Source: Catajapyx aquilonaris
Lineage: Eukaryota
Assembly: GCA_000934665.2 (NCBI GenBank)
Contig: JYFJ02004046.1
Span: 1-35,314, forward strand
Length of the DNA stretch: 35,314 nucleotides
Reading direction: 5' to 3'
Shown here one piece after another: positions 1-11,962 of the stretch. How positions within the stretch are numbered: the first letter of the stretch is position 1; each line of letters starts with the position of its first letter. The position numbers were made by a program, and so were the translations under genes. The notes below the pieces were generated by a model. That model was not told where the DNA came from. It was given only the letters and a program-made list of their open reading frames with translations, and searched no databases.

Positions 1-1179
1 TGAAATTTTGTACAAATTGCAAAAGGACCATTTTTGTAATAAATACAGTACCATGCATTTCCTCTTCAGCACTGTTAGTCATCCCATTAGACAGTGTATA
101 TTTAGATAACTCTGTTCATGGATCATTCTGGGACTGATTAGGGCTTGGATTAGGGCCTATATTTGGCCCCATTGCGTACTTTCAAGGCGCACATGCGTTC
201 CTTCAAATGCAATTATTTTCCTTAAATCAAAAAACTCCTCCTGAGATTTTTTTCTATGTCAGGGAAAGGGTCTGAGTTACAACATATTTAAAAATCGGAT
301 TTTTAAATTAGGCGGATTTTTTTTTTAAAAAAAATTAAATTTTGAAAATAGGACAAAATTTTCAAAAAAGTCACAATACGAATTTTCAATCCTTAGTCAG
401 ATTGGGCTCTCGAATCTCTTCAAAGGGAGCGGTCTGCGACGTCTGTAGCTCAATTGGTTCACGAGATATGACCGATTTCTGAAACCCTACCTTCCGAAAA
501 GGACGTTTTTTTCGGTGGGCCTATCTCCGGGGAGGGGGGGTAAATCTCAAAACCGCGCAAATGGTATTTTTGAAAGACGTAATTAAAGCGATTCGCCGAT
601 TTTCGTCAAAATCTGACAACCCAAGGGTCAATTTTCCTTAAAAGCTCGGTTAATTGACATGGAATGACCCGAGTAAGATTTAAATTAACAACAAAACTGC
701 ATAAAAATTACTGAAGAGTATAATGCATGATATGATACCGTAGTTTAAACCATTTTGAATAAATTTAAACATGAAAGAGTATGTCAAATTAAATTTGAAT
801 TTTGATTACTATATTAATTTAGTTAAACATTTTTCTAAAAGGAAAATTATTTTTAAATGGGTCTACACAAATTGTAATGAATTTATTCATTCTTGATCTG
901 AAATAGGAATATTTGAAAATAACGTTTAATAACGAGACTAATGTTAATTTTATTAGTGATTAATAATATTAATCTAGCTTCTAGCATCAAGCATATTAGA
1001 AAATAGCTTATAAGTTTAAATGGCTTCAGACTGGTCTCGTATTTACCCAGATATGCCCTAATTATTTTTAAAGTCGTTTTATGAACAAATGAACTAACAT
1101 AAAAGACTGTACCAAATGGAAAAGTGTCCTATATATAGTACATCAGGCTTAATATTTGTGTTAATATATGAATATATTT

Positions 1180-1608
1180 AAAAATAATTTGATGTTAATT
1201 TCTGAAAAATAATTTGACGTTAATTTCAGAAAAATAATTTGATGTTAATTTCTGAAAAATAATTTGATGTTAATTTCTGAAAAATAATTTGATGTTAATT
1301 TCTGAAAAATAATTTTTGGTGTGAATAATACTGTATTTGGAAAATAATATATTTCGTGTTATTATTTGAACAATAATTTGGTGTTATTAATATTTGACAA
1401 ATACAGTAATTTGGCGTTATTAAAATTTGAAATTTAAAAATTTAAAATTTGGTGTTATTATTTGAAAAATAATTTTGTTAATATGTGAAAAATAATTTTA
1501 TGTTAATATGTGAAAAATAATTTTATGTTAATATTTGGAAAATAATATATTTGGTGTTATTATTATTTAAAAATTGGGTGTTAATATTTGAAAAAATAAT
1601 TTGGTCTT
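1180..1608. repeat. AT-rich 25-bp minisatellite (AAAAATAATTTGATGTTAATTTCTG), degenerating rightwards
   Basis: About 5 near-perfect copies at 1180-1315, then degenerate copies. Confidence 0.9.
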
Positions 1609-2172
1609 ATGCACGTAGCTAAATTTATTTAAATATTTACCTATTTAACCTGCACTGAAGCTATGGCTTCATTTCCTTACATGGCATCATAACATGTACA
1701 ACATTTACTGTGGGATCGATACAGTTCATCTGAACCGATGGCAAATTATCCCCAAAATATTGATGCCCCAACCCCCAATGTTTGCGTTAACCGAAAACGT
1801 CCGGTACCATACAGTATAGGGAAGTAAAAACGGCAAACAAGAGAATAATTAACAGGCGTAATCTTCCGCCAAACAGGGCTCGATACGGCCATTGTGTTTG
1901 ATTTCCATGTCGGCTCATGTTTAGATAAGACTTTTTTAGTGTATTATAAATACTCGAAATGATAACGATTGACGCATTAGCCCGGAATAATTAGATGAAT
2001 GAGGGTGTGTCCAGTTTTTTATGATAATTTTGGACCCGGTTTTTTGGGGAGCCTTGTTGGCATTTCCCGATTGGATGCAGTGAGTGTCATATTGGCTAAT
2101 CCTGGTGTCACGTTTGCGATGGATTAATTCAGAATCGGAACTAGATAGGCCCCTTTCTTCTATCTGACACTG

Positions 2173-3120
2173 AAAGATCGGATGACAGCCTACTACCTGT
2201 GATCTTACGAGAGACGCAGGGCGTGTGTCCCATTTAATGGGACACCATATGCGGCCCGGATCTCCATTAAATTAATGTGCAGTTAAAACCGTTTAAGAAA
2301 GATCGGATGGTACCTACTACCTGGGATCTTTCGGGACACGCAGGGAGTAGGGCGTGTGTCCCGTTAAATGGGACAAAAGATCGGATGGTGCTTACTACCT
2401 GGATCGTTCGGGACACGCAGGGAGTAAGGCGTGTGTCCAGTTTAATGGGACAAAAGATCGGATGGTACCTACTACCTAGATCTTTCGGGACACGCAGGGA
2501 GTATGGCGTGTGTCCCGTTTAACGGGACGATAGATCGGATGGTACCTACTACCTGGATCGTTCGGGACACGCAGGGAGTAGGGCGTGTGTCCCGTTAAAT
2601 GGGACAAAAGATCGGATGGTGCTTACTACCTGGATCGTTCGGGACACGCAGGGAGTAAGGCGTGTGTCCAGTTTAATGGGACAAAAGATCGGATGGTACC
2701 TACTACCTAGATCTTTCGGGACACGCAGGGAGTAGGGCGTGTGTCCAGTTTAATGGGACAAAAGATCGGATGGTACCTACTATCTGAATCTTCGGGACAC
2801 GCAGGGAGTAGGGCGTGTGTCCCGCTTAATGGGACAAAAGATCGATGGTACCTACTACCTGAATCTTTCGGGACACGCTGGGAGTAGGGCGTGTGTCCCG
2901 TTTAATGGGACAATAGATGGGATGGTACCTACTATCTGAATCTTCGGGACACACAGGGAGTAGGGTGTGTGTCCACTTTAATGGGACAAAAGATCGGATG
3001 GTACCTACTACCTAGATTTTTCGGGACACGTAGGGAGTAGGGCGTGTGTCCCGTTTAATGGGACACCAGATGCGGCGATTCAATTACGACGATATCCATT
3101 AAGTTAATGTACAGTTTTGA
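2173..3120. repeat. ~77-bp GC-rich minisatellite, 10 copies plus one diverged copy, with internal inverted repeats
   Basis: GATCGGATGGTACCTACTACC...GGGACAAAA units start at about 2301, 2379, 2456, 2533, 2610, 2687, 2764, 2840, 2916 and 2992. A diverged unit lies at about 2176. Confidence 0.95.
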
Positions 3121-3869
3121 AAGCGTACAGCTCACCACACTATACATAGAGGATTACCACGTAACAAGTGCGTGATACAGTGTCCTATTATTTTATAGTC
3201 CCATAGTTGCTCTATTCAATTGATCCTAGAAAAGCGAGGCATTGACAAGCTTTTTCCAGAATTTAATTAATACTAAAATCCACTCTAAAAATTGGAGAAG
3301 GTTTGTAATTAGGGAGTGGGACACGAAAGCTGTAACCAGCCATCTGTGCTGATTGTTACATGTAGCTATCTGTAACCACCCTATACTTACTACACACGCT
3401 TTGGACCGATGGCTGCGATAATTGTATGCAAACCCGGAGCGTTCAATCGCAAATATTGATCCCGTTCCACCTTTTTGGACATATACCCATTTCCATAGGG
3501 TGTGTGGACACACAATGGACGCTGACGGTTTTTTTTTTTTTGGGGGGGGGGGGGNGGGGGGGGGGGACGGTATGGAAGCCTAGGCCCGGATCTAATCAAA
3601 ACTCGATCTCTATGCATGCAAGTGTCGCCAATGTGATCACGTTTGTCGCGCTGTGCATGATTGCTTCTATTAGTATACAGAGAATGTGTTTTTTTGTAAT
3701 GTATTTTTTTAGACACCAGGTGGCGTTCTGGTGGATTTTTGGAGGATTTATTGTTGGAATGTTAAAGGTTGATTTGCTAGAGGTCACTTGTTGCATGGGT
3801 TTGCTGAGTAAACATTAGTTGTGCTAGTGACCGGTAGGAGCCAGAAAATTTGGGAAGATTGAAGATTTT

Positions 3870-4185
3870 TACTAGTTACGGCTCCCAACCACCAGAGGCG
3901 CTGCCTCTCCCTACACTCTTAACCATTTACCTTCTCTAGAGAGGGTAAATGGTTAAGAGTGTATTGCGCCGACGCAGAACGGGGACCAATCGGAAGCCTC
4001 ACACAAACACCATTAACATTTTTAAAAATCTTATCGAACGGCTCTGTTTGTCCGTCCGTCTGTCTGTGGACAGGTATCAATCCTCAAACCGCAAGATATA
4101 GCAAAAAACGGTTTCGGATTCGGATTCATCCTGACTCTATTGTCAACTTCCGGTGACCCACCATTTCCGGTTATCCGGGTTCACT
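3870..4185 (+). mobile_element. Helentron/DINE-1-like non-autonomous element fragment (interrupted by the 48-bp MITE)
   Basis: Its 5' block CCACCAGAGGCGCTGCCT...CCAATCGGAAGCCTC recurs four times at 20650-21710. It is followed by a GTCCGTCCGTCTGTCTGT microsatellite, as in DINE-1/HINE elements. Confidence 0.5.
3914..3961. mobile_element. 48-bp hairpin micro-MITE with TA TSD (copy 1)
   Basis: TA|CACTCTTAACCATTTACC-TTCTCTAGAGAG-GGTAAATGGTTAAGAGTG|TA. Exact reverse complement of 22482-22529. Confidence 0.88.
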
Positions 4186-4197
4186 CTATCCGCACTA

Positions 4198-4323
4198 TCG
4201 GGTTCAAATACTTTTGGCCACTTTATCCTGGTCAGCAACCCTTCGCACAGACCCCACGTTAAGAAGGTGTGTGAAGGGTTGCTTCAATACCAGGATAAAG
4301 TGGCCACAAGTATTTGAACCCGA
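4198..4323. mobile_element. 126-bp MITE, TA TSD (Tc1/mariner-type)
   Basis: TA|TCGGGTTCAAATACTTTTGGCCACTTTATCCTGGT...ACCAGGATAAAGTGGCCACAAGTATTTGAACCCGA|TA. Confidence 0.85.
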
Positions 4324-4337
4324 TATACATGCAGATT

Positions 4338-4545
4338 TTACTTTTATTTTATTTCATACCCCGTGCTACAGCATTTGGCTCCCTTAGGGGGGTGGATTAC
4401 CACCATTGAATGGGACCAGGGATAGGGAAGAAAGGAAGCGGCTGTGGCCTATTTTTACGGAAAAGACCCCGGAATTGTCCTGGGGGGACCATGGAAAACC
4501 ACAGAAAGTCGCTGGCCCCGGGATTCGAATCCAGGACCTCCCGAT
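4338..4545 (-). mobile_element. tRNA-derived SINE family A, 5'-truncated copy with TSD
   Basis: Homologous to 23363-23539, with a B-box remnant at about 4521-4531 and an A-rich tail on the minus strand. Flanked by the 19-bp direct repeat CCCGATATACATGCAGATT (4319-4337, 4540-4558). Confidence 0.85.
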
Positions 4546-5690
4546 ATACATGCAGATTATCGCTTAAATTGGGTTCCTTAACAAAGGGAAATGAGACTTA
4601 CAACAATCAATGTCATTGCTGTCATATTAGAATAGCAACGTGTCGTATCGGGTGTGCCAATCTTGCAGATAAGATAATGTTCCGTTACAAAATTTCGAAA
4701 GCGCCATCTACTGATTTCCTTGCCACCTTTTTTTGGAGAGTGTCGTGCGACGAACCTAGCTTGCTGGTTTATTTTTGCTTAAAAATTCACACTGTTATCA
4801 TTACTTTGATTTCCGGTATTTACGCTCCAAAAAATTTACATGCATCATTTAGACGCGTCGCTCAAAATCAGATCCTTTGATTACTGTTAACTATCATCAA
4901 TAATTTCGACGCTACGTTATTCTTATCATTTTTGGTTTCTGCTTCTGTGATATTAAAGCATGGTCCGCTAGAGATTGCAGACAATGTATTAGCTTTTATT
5001 TCTAGCCATTACTGTTTTCACAAGCAAAGTCAAGCGTGACCTGACCATTGTTTGAACGTTACCCATGCAGTAATGGAATCTTGGCCAAGCAGTGTTTACT
5101 CATGCAGGAACCTGCCTGGAACCAAGAGAGAAAAAAAAATCGATGTCCACTGGATGTCCATATAAATTGTAATGTGAGGGAAACTGGACCTAGGAAAACC
5201 CGGTTCTTGTTAGGAAATACAGAAAATTAGGGTCGCAAATTGCATGGTAAATAATTCTGTAAGAGTATCAGGAAACTCTCAGGCTGAATAAACATGCAAT
5301 CTCAATCATCATACATGTTTCGTAAGGGTCGAGAGAAAAAAAATGGCGGTCTAAAGTATGGCTATGAGTAACGAGCGTCCGTGTAAATAAAATACTCTTA
5401 AGGGGTCCGCTTTCGGATTAACAAAACGCTATTCGTACACAAACGAACTAATTTGCGATTTCCGCCACTCTGGTGACAAGTACTCGCAACCACGATTACG
5501 AGTCTAATCCTCTTGGGTTGTAAATTAAGGGTTGTCTCCATCGTACTTCCTTTCGTTACTTTAGTAGGTAACGGTATTGCACGCAATGTGACTTAAAGAA
5601 TCTGCAATGGTGACATACTTTAACTGACCCAACGCTAGATGGATCTGGCAAGAAAAAGGCAAAATATTTTTAGTAATGTAGACCTACGCT

Positions 5691-6130
5691 TAGGGCTGTG
5701 CGACATTTCGATACATCGACTGTCGATATGATATTTTCCTAATATCGAAGTTGCGTTATCCGACGCTTGGCATGAGGGATATATCGAATATCGCGATTTT
5801 TCGATGTCGATTTTCGATATTTTTCGATGTCTATTTTCGATATTTTTCGATGTCGGTTCTCGATGTCGGTTTTTTCGATTTTCGATATATCGACTTCGAT
5901 ACGATATTTTCCTAATATCGAAGTTGCGATATCCGACTCTTGGCATGAGCGATATATCGAATATCGCGATTTTTCGATGTCGGTTTTCGATATTGTCCGA
6001 TGTCGATTTTCGATATTTTTCGATGTCGGTTTTGGATGTCGGTTTTTCGATTTTCGATATATCGACTTCGATGCGATATTTTTTGAATCTCGAATGTCGA
6101 TATGCAATTTCGGATATCGCACAGCCCCTG
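5691..6130. mobile_element. hAT-type MITE with TCGA-rich internal repeats (copy 1, internally duplicated)
   Basis: TAGGGCTGTGCGA...TCGCACAGCCCCTG ends. 8-bp TSD CCTACGCT/CCTACACT. Confidence 0.9.
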
Positions 6131-6144
6131 CCTACACTGAAAAT

Positions 6145-7350
6145 CATGTACTGACTTGTAGACGGTATTTGACGTCCAAGTCGGTACATTGTAAAGCAGC
6201 CCATTGTTCAGATGGTACATCGTTTCGTCTACAAGTCAGTCATCGCAGACTGTAGCTACTTGTTAGCACATATAATACCACCTTCAAGTCAGTACATGAA
6301 TCGGTACATCGTGATGTATCATTTTAGAGTCAGCACATATTAACTACTGGGTGTCTACAAGTCAGTACTGCAGTAGCTGCTTGTTGATCACAAATTACCG
6401 TCTCCCTGTCGGTACATGAATCGGTACATTATTTACAGTGTAGTATGTCAGCCAGTAATTTGGATTGTCTCTAAACTGGCTGTATTATGGTATTGTAGTA
6501 GTATTAGAATAGTATTAAAGCATACACCACGATGTACCGATTCATGTACTGAATTGAAAATGATACATCACCATGTGCCGAATCATGTACCGACTTAGAG
6601 GTGATATTTTGTGATCAACAAGCAGCTACCGTCTCGTCTGCCGTACTGACTTGTAGGCAACTATTGTTCAGATGCACTGCACTGACTTGAAATTGGTACG
6701 TCACAATGTACCGATTCATGTACCGACCTGGACGTCAAATACGATCTACAGTACTGAATTGTAGACAGTACTGACTTGAATACAGCCCATCGTTCAGATT
6801 CACTGACTTGAAAATGGCACATCACGAAGTACCGATTCATGTACTGACATGAAAATGGCACATCACGATGTACCGATTCATGTACTGACTTGAAAATGGC
6901 ACATCACGATGTACCGATTCATGTACTGACTTGAAAATGGCACATCACGATGTACCGATTCATGTACTGACTTGAAAATGGCACATCACGATGTACCGAT
7001 TCATGTACTGACTTGGAAGTGGTATTATGTGCTAACAAGTAGCTACAGCCTACGATCAATGACTTGTAGTCGGTATTTGACGTCCAAAATGAATCGGTAC
7101 ATCGTGACGTACCATTTTCAGGTCAGTACATCTGAACAATAGTTGCCTACAAGTCAGTACCGCAGACAGTAGCTGCTTCTTGATCACAAAATACCACCTA
7201 CAAGTCAGTACTGCAGACAGTAGCTGCTTACTGATCACAAAATACCACCTCCAAGTCGGTACATGAATCGGTACATGATTTATAGTGTAGCATGTCAACA
7301 AGTGATGCAAGTGACTGTATTGTACTAGTATTAGCATAGTATTAAAGCGC
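6145..7350. repeat. Modular foldback-like repeat (forward/inverted/forward blocks) containing a 41-bp tandem array at 6805-7014
   Basis: Five copies of GACTTGAAAATGGCACATCACGATGTACCGATTCATGTACT. 6245-6330 is the reverse complement of about 6975-7053, and 6150-6522 resembles 7060-7350. Confidence 0.85.
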
Positions 7351-8160
7351 ATTCAAACCCTAAAAATATCGGTTATTGACACGCTTTCAGGGTAAATATA
7401 TGTTATCGATATGATTGGCAGGGCTTTGTCCCCCTATGCTATATATGCGTCAAATTATGCGAAACTCCACATATTGCACCAACAGCTGATGCAATTTCCA
7501 CGCTCCAAAATATTCTTAGTTGAAAGTACAGCCTATAATACTATAAAATCCAGCCGCTGTCAGATCCAGACCTCAACTTTCACATTGAGCATAGCAAAAG
7601 TTGGTGGTAATTCACAACCGGTACTAGGTCCTACTTAACGTATTGTCAATACACACCCTCTTTGTGGAGGCATATCGTAGGTTAAAGGTTGAATTTTTCA
7701 TGATCTAGGGTTACAGAAACGAACGAGCTCTAGCCCTGGGATGCTGAACAAACGGGTCGTTTATAGGACCTATGGGACTACAGGCGAATTCAATTTGACG
7801 ATATTACTTTTAATTCTGTAGACCCCCCCCCCCNCCCCCCCCTTTGAAGCGACCGTTTTTTTTTGTAACGGCTATTTTTTAGCAGGCTCATTCATGCTCG
7901 GTTGGATAGATAAGTTAGAAAACAATATGGTGGAAATTTTGGGCATTCCATAAACCTGCGGCAGTAGTCATAGACGTATCTATCATGGTTCATCGGTTTC
8001 CGATTCATGGGATGGAACAATAGAAGTGGCCATCTTGGACGGTCAATGACTAGTGTTAGAAATGAGACAATTGCAACCGTTGTTTGGATACAGTGTCGTA
8101 AATATGATATTGAATTTGAAATTTTAATTAATTAAATAGCATATTATGCTCTACAGACAG

Positions 8161-8680
8161 TCGTTAATTTCAATGGATCGTCGAACATCGATCCATTGTA
8201 GAATATCGTTAATTTCAGTCTATCGTCTAACATCGATCTATCGTAGAATGTCGTTAATTTCAGTCTATCGTCTAACATCGATCTATCGTAGAATATCGTT
8301 AATTTCAGTCTATCGTCGAACATCGATCTATCGTAGAATGTCGTTAATTTCAGTCTATCGTCTAACATCGATCTATCGTAGAATATCGTTAATTTCAGTC
8401 TATCGTCGAACATCGATCTATCGTAGAATGTCGTTAATTTCAGTCTATCGTCGAATATCGATAGTTTCGATCTATCATCGAACATCGAATTTCGTCTTGA
8501 TAATACTCGTGTTTAAAACAGTTTAAATTTTTTTGAGTTGAAATTGTGATTAAATTTTTATAGCAGACTTCTACGGACGAACGATCGTTAACTTTAATAT
8601 ATCGTCGAGCATCATTAACTTTGATCTATCGTCGAACATCGAATTTCGTCTTGATAATACGTTTGTAAAAACAGTTTAAA
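8161..8680. repeat. 45-bp minisatellite (about 7 copies, alternating variants) plus degenerate tail
   Basis: TCGTTAATTTCAGTCTATCGTC(T/G)AACATCGATCTATCGTAGAAT(A/G) at 8161, 8206, 8251, 8296, 8341, 8386 and 8431. Confidence 0.95.
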
Positions 8681-9509
8681 AAATTTTAAACCGCTATTTT
8701 TGGACTTCTTACAGTTACTTTTGCTGTAGAATGCTAATTTTAGCTTCTTAATATCCTTTGAAATGTAAATAATCACATGTAATACTAAATTTGAAAATAT
8801 ATTTTGTACAAATAATCATGTTCCCTCATCAAATGTTATCAGGCAAAATAAATGCAAATTTTTAGTTGACAATTTTTTGATAGTTCAGAAATACCGAGCT
8901 TGTATAGCTTACATTTAAAAAATCGGTGCCAAATATAGGTTTTAAACTTTCAGACTGGTCGGCGCCTCAGGACCGACAGTTGACAACCTATCAAAAGCTG
9001 GTTTTGGCAAATGTAGTTTTGCCAGCAGGTCCAGAAATAGCGGAAAGGAAGTTTGTGGGAGTTGGGATATATAGATTTTTATGTGAGTGTGACGAATAGG
9101 GTACACCTTGTGTAAGCACGTTCGTTACATCTGTTTCTCTGGACATGACTAATGCGAAAATTTCGTCAACGTGTCTTTGTTTACAGAAGTAAATCTCGTC
9201 CTTCCTGCCTGGCAGTGTGCAATGGTCGTTTGGATGATGGGACCGCTTTTTAAAGATAGGCTGAGTGTAGGTTCTAGCGGATATGGGTTCAAGGACTGCT
9301 GACCTATGGGTGCTAAATTGTAAGCTTAAAGCACACCTGCTGGCAGTAAGCAAGGGTTATACCGGAAGAGAGAATATTTAGGCTTATTTCCAACCGTAAA
9401 CTATTTTTTGCATGAATGGAGCGTTTTATAGTTTTTAAATCATAGCTTGGTTCTCCATGTAAATAAATTAATAATAAATGAATAAATATGTAAACCTCCT
9501 GGTATATAT

Positions 9510-10125
9510 GTACACCTGGTTATATATTCATCCGCCTAAGCCGCATGACAAAAGTAGTTCCTAATTAATACAGCGTTTCTACACTTTCTAATTCCCAGCT
9601 TTGTCCTGCATATAAATTAATTAATGAAATAATTAACATGTAGGCTCAATATATCAGGCTGGAACTACGATGGTTAAATAGGGATCCGGACTTTTAGCCC
9701 CGGCATATTGGCCCCCGTGACAATTTCGCCCGGGCGCATTCGCCCCCGTGACATATCCCACTTTGAAGCATTCAGCTGGGAATTTCTAGAGACGTGACCT
9801 GCTGGCCTTGTGTGTAGCCTGGCAACGGCGGGGGCGAAATTGTCACGGGGGCCAATATGCCGGGGGCTAAAGGTCCGGGGCGAAACGGCGGGGGCGAAAT
9901 GTCCGAGACTCGGTTAAATATCCATCCGCGTAGGCCTAGTCAGCATGACAAAAGTAGTTCTTAATGAACAGCGTTTCTACAAATTCTAACTCATTGTTTG
10001 GTCATCCATATTAATCAATCAATCAATTAATTAATTAATAATTAAATCAAATTGGCTAGGCTTGCACCTGATTAAAATATTCCTCCGCCTAGGCCTAGCA
10101 GCATGGCAAGTAGTTCCTAATTTCC
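9510..10125. repeat. Diverged tandem repeat (3 units); unit 2 is interrupted by a MULE MITE
   Basis: CATCCGC...GCATGACAAAAGTAGTTC motifs at about 9529, 9923 and 10082. Confidence 0.7.
9681..9911. mobile_element. Mutator/MULE-like (foldback) MITE
   Basis: Perfect 9-bp TSD GGTTAAATA (9672-9680, 9912-9920). G...C termini, with inverted subterminal TTTCGCCCC/GGGGCGAAA repeats. Confidence 0.85.
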
Positions 10126-10794
10126 TCATCAGATTGATGTAAATAACCCTAAATTTTAATTACTCCAGCCCACTTTTGGTACATTCCTATACTTAAAAAC
10201 ACTTCCATCTTGTTTACAGTACCAAAATTTCCAACAAATTTTTGTCTCGCATTTTTGTTCCGCTGAAAAGCCACGTGCACACAATAATCCAGGGCATGCC
10301 AAGCACCATGGCATTTCCAAAGCCCCCAAAATCCAGCAGTCATACTGTACAGGGCACACGTACCCACAACCGTACAGTCTAAGGCCTTTTGTCAGTAGTG
10401 AAATGCACAGGCATTGTTACAGGCTTCGATCAAGCCTTAATAAATGAAATGATTGTCCATGCGTCACAAAATATGGCGGTTTGGGAGGGTGGAAATTGAG
10501 GAGACGAATAAACTCCCAGCGTCGCACTAAATCCACGTCATTGCTAGAGGAAACAATGCAGGACGCCAAGCGTATATGACAGGCTGGTAGCTGCAATGTA
10601 CAGTAAGTGCACTCGATCCAAAGCGTGCTTCCATATTTGATGCTTTTGGTACGAAGATGAGGAAATTTTGGACGCAAAACTGAATGGCACGAAACTGTTC
10701 GCAAATTATTGTCGAGGATCCAATGTTACTGATTATTCTACCTTGAAGACTTGGCAATATTAGTATTGCTGTACTTTAGAGGGAACAGTTGTTC

Positions 10795-11040
10795 GTTAGA
10801 AACCGTTAGCAACCGTTAAAAACCGTTAGAAGCCGTCAGAAACCGTTAAAACCGTTAGAAACCCGGGAACCGTTAGAAGCCGTTAGAAACCGTTAAAACC
10901 GTTAGAAACCCGGGAACCGTTAGAAGTCGTTAGAAATCGTTAGAAACCGTTAAAACCCGTTAGAAACCGCTAAAACCGTTAGAAACCCGGGAACCGTTAG
11001 AAGTCGTTAGAAATCGTTAGAAACCGTTAGAAACGGTTAT
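10795..11040. repeat. 10-bp tandem repeat (GTTAGAAACC)n with CCCGGG variants
   Basis: Directly visible array. Confidence 0.95.
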
Positions 11041-11267
11041 GTATAGCAGGGTACGTGGGGTTTGTTTTTGGCTTGATTGATTGTCGGATCGATATGATCG
11101 ACAACAATAGTCATATTAATTTTTAAAATTCAATTATGCATATGGAACACTATGGAATTTTTGTTACTAGATGCATCAGATATCAATAGACATACCTGTA
11201 GCCTACTATAGTATAGAATATTATTATTTCAACAGACGCAAAGAATTCGTTACTTCACCCGAGTGTA

Positions 11268-11479
11268 CAGGGTGGTCCAGATTCGTGGGTCACTTTTTGA
11301 TAACTGATATCACCCGATAGCAGTTATTTTTGTAGCGTGTTGTGCCCCTAACCATATCCCCCATTCTATAATTACTGCTATAGAATGGAACACATGGTTA
11401 GGTGCACAAGCTACAAAAAATAACCGCTATCGGGCGATATCAGTTATCAAAACGTGGCCCACGAATCAGGACCACCCTG
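11268..11479. mobile_element. Tc1/mariner-type MITE (CAGGGTG ends, TA TSD), near-complete hairpin
   Basis: TA|CAGGGTGGTCCAGATTCGTGGG...CCCACGAATCAGGACCACCCTG|TA. Confidence 0.92.
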
Positions 11480-11766
11480 TAGAGTTAATTCAATAATTTC
11501 AATGATCACATTAATTTTTAAATTTCAATTATTATGAATACAGAATATGGAATTGTTGTTACTAGCTGCTCACTGGATATCAATAATATATCAGACATAC
11601 TTTTATTTCAACAGATTCAATAGTTAATTCGTATCAAATTGAAACTGCATTATTAAATCAACAGAGAGAAACTTTCAATAATAGTTTGTAAGGAATGTCT
11701 TAACAGAACATAAATGTTATATTTAAATGTCTGAAATTGAATCGGTTTTGGAAACAGTTATTTATA

Positions 11767-11962
11767 CAGGGGGTATTTTAATTATAGGAAATTATACTCG
11801 TAGCTGTTATATTTTTGTAGCTAGTTGCGCCCCTAACCAGATGTCCGTATAGAAACAGTTATAATATGACCACCTGGGGCAACTGGGGGCACAATAAGCT
11901 ACACTAATATAACTACTTTTGGTGATATAAGTGATAGCTAAAACCGAACTAGGAACACCCTG
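11767..11962. mobile_element. Old, diverged CAGGG-type MITE related to 11268-11479
   Basis: TA|CAGGGGG...CACCCTG|TA. Shares internal TTTTTGTAGC...GCCCCTAACCA and AAGCTACA motifs with 11268-11479. Confidence 0.7.

Noticed and set aside
120..670. DNA-transposon remnant ending in GACATGGAATGACCC
   Set aside because: It resembles a TIR from memory, but the only partner is a weak 8/9 match at 120-128 and there is no TSD. This is not enough support.
2277..3065. Hammerhead ribozyme/retrozyme or CRISPR array in the 77-bp repeat
   Set aside because: The minus strand has stem-GAAA-stem but no CUGANGA core. There are no unique spacers and no cas genes, and the context is eukaryotic.
3530..3570. Long poly-G/C tracts as functional G-quadruplexes (also about 7834 and 24441)
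   Set aside because: They are simple homopolymers containing 'n' calls, so their lengths are unreliable. Other 'n' calls at about 12884 and 18470 also sit in or beside homopolymers, flagging possible assembly errors.
5635..6255. Five overlapping ORFs up to 189 aa
   Set aside because: They are translations of the TCGA-rich MITE interior. The same applies to 20949-21562 and 23519-23873.
8144..8526. Repeat-protein ORFs on both strands
   Set aside because: A 45-bp (15-codon) minisatellite that is stop-free by chance, with no splice or start context.
8954..9353. Possible exon after TTTCAG and a 120-aa minus-strand ORF
   Set aside because: All plus frames close within about 50 codons, with no clear donor and no recognisable domain.
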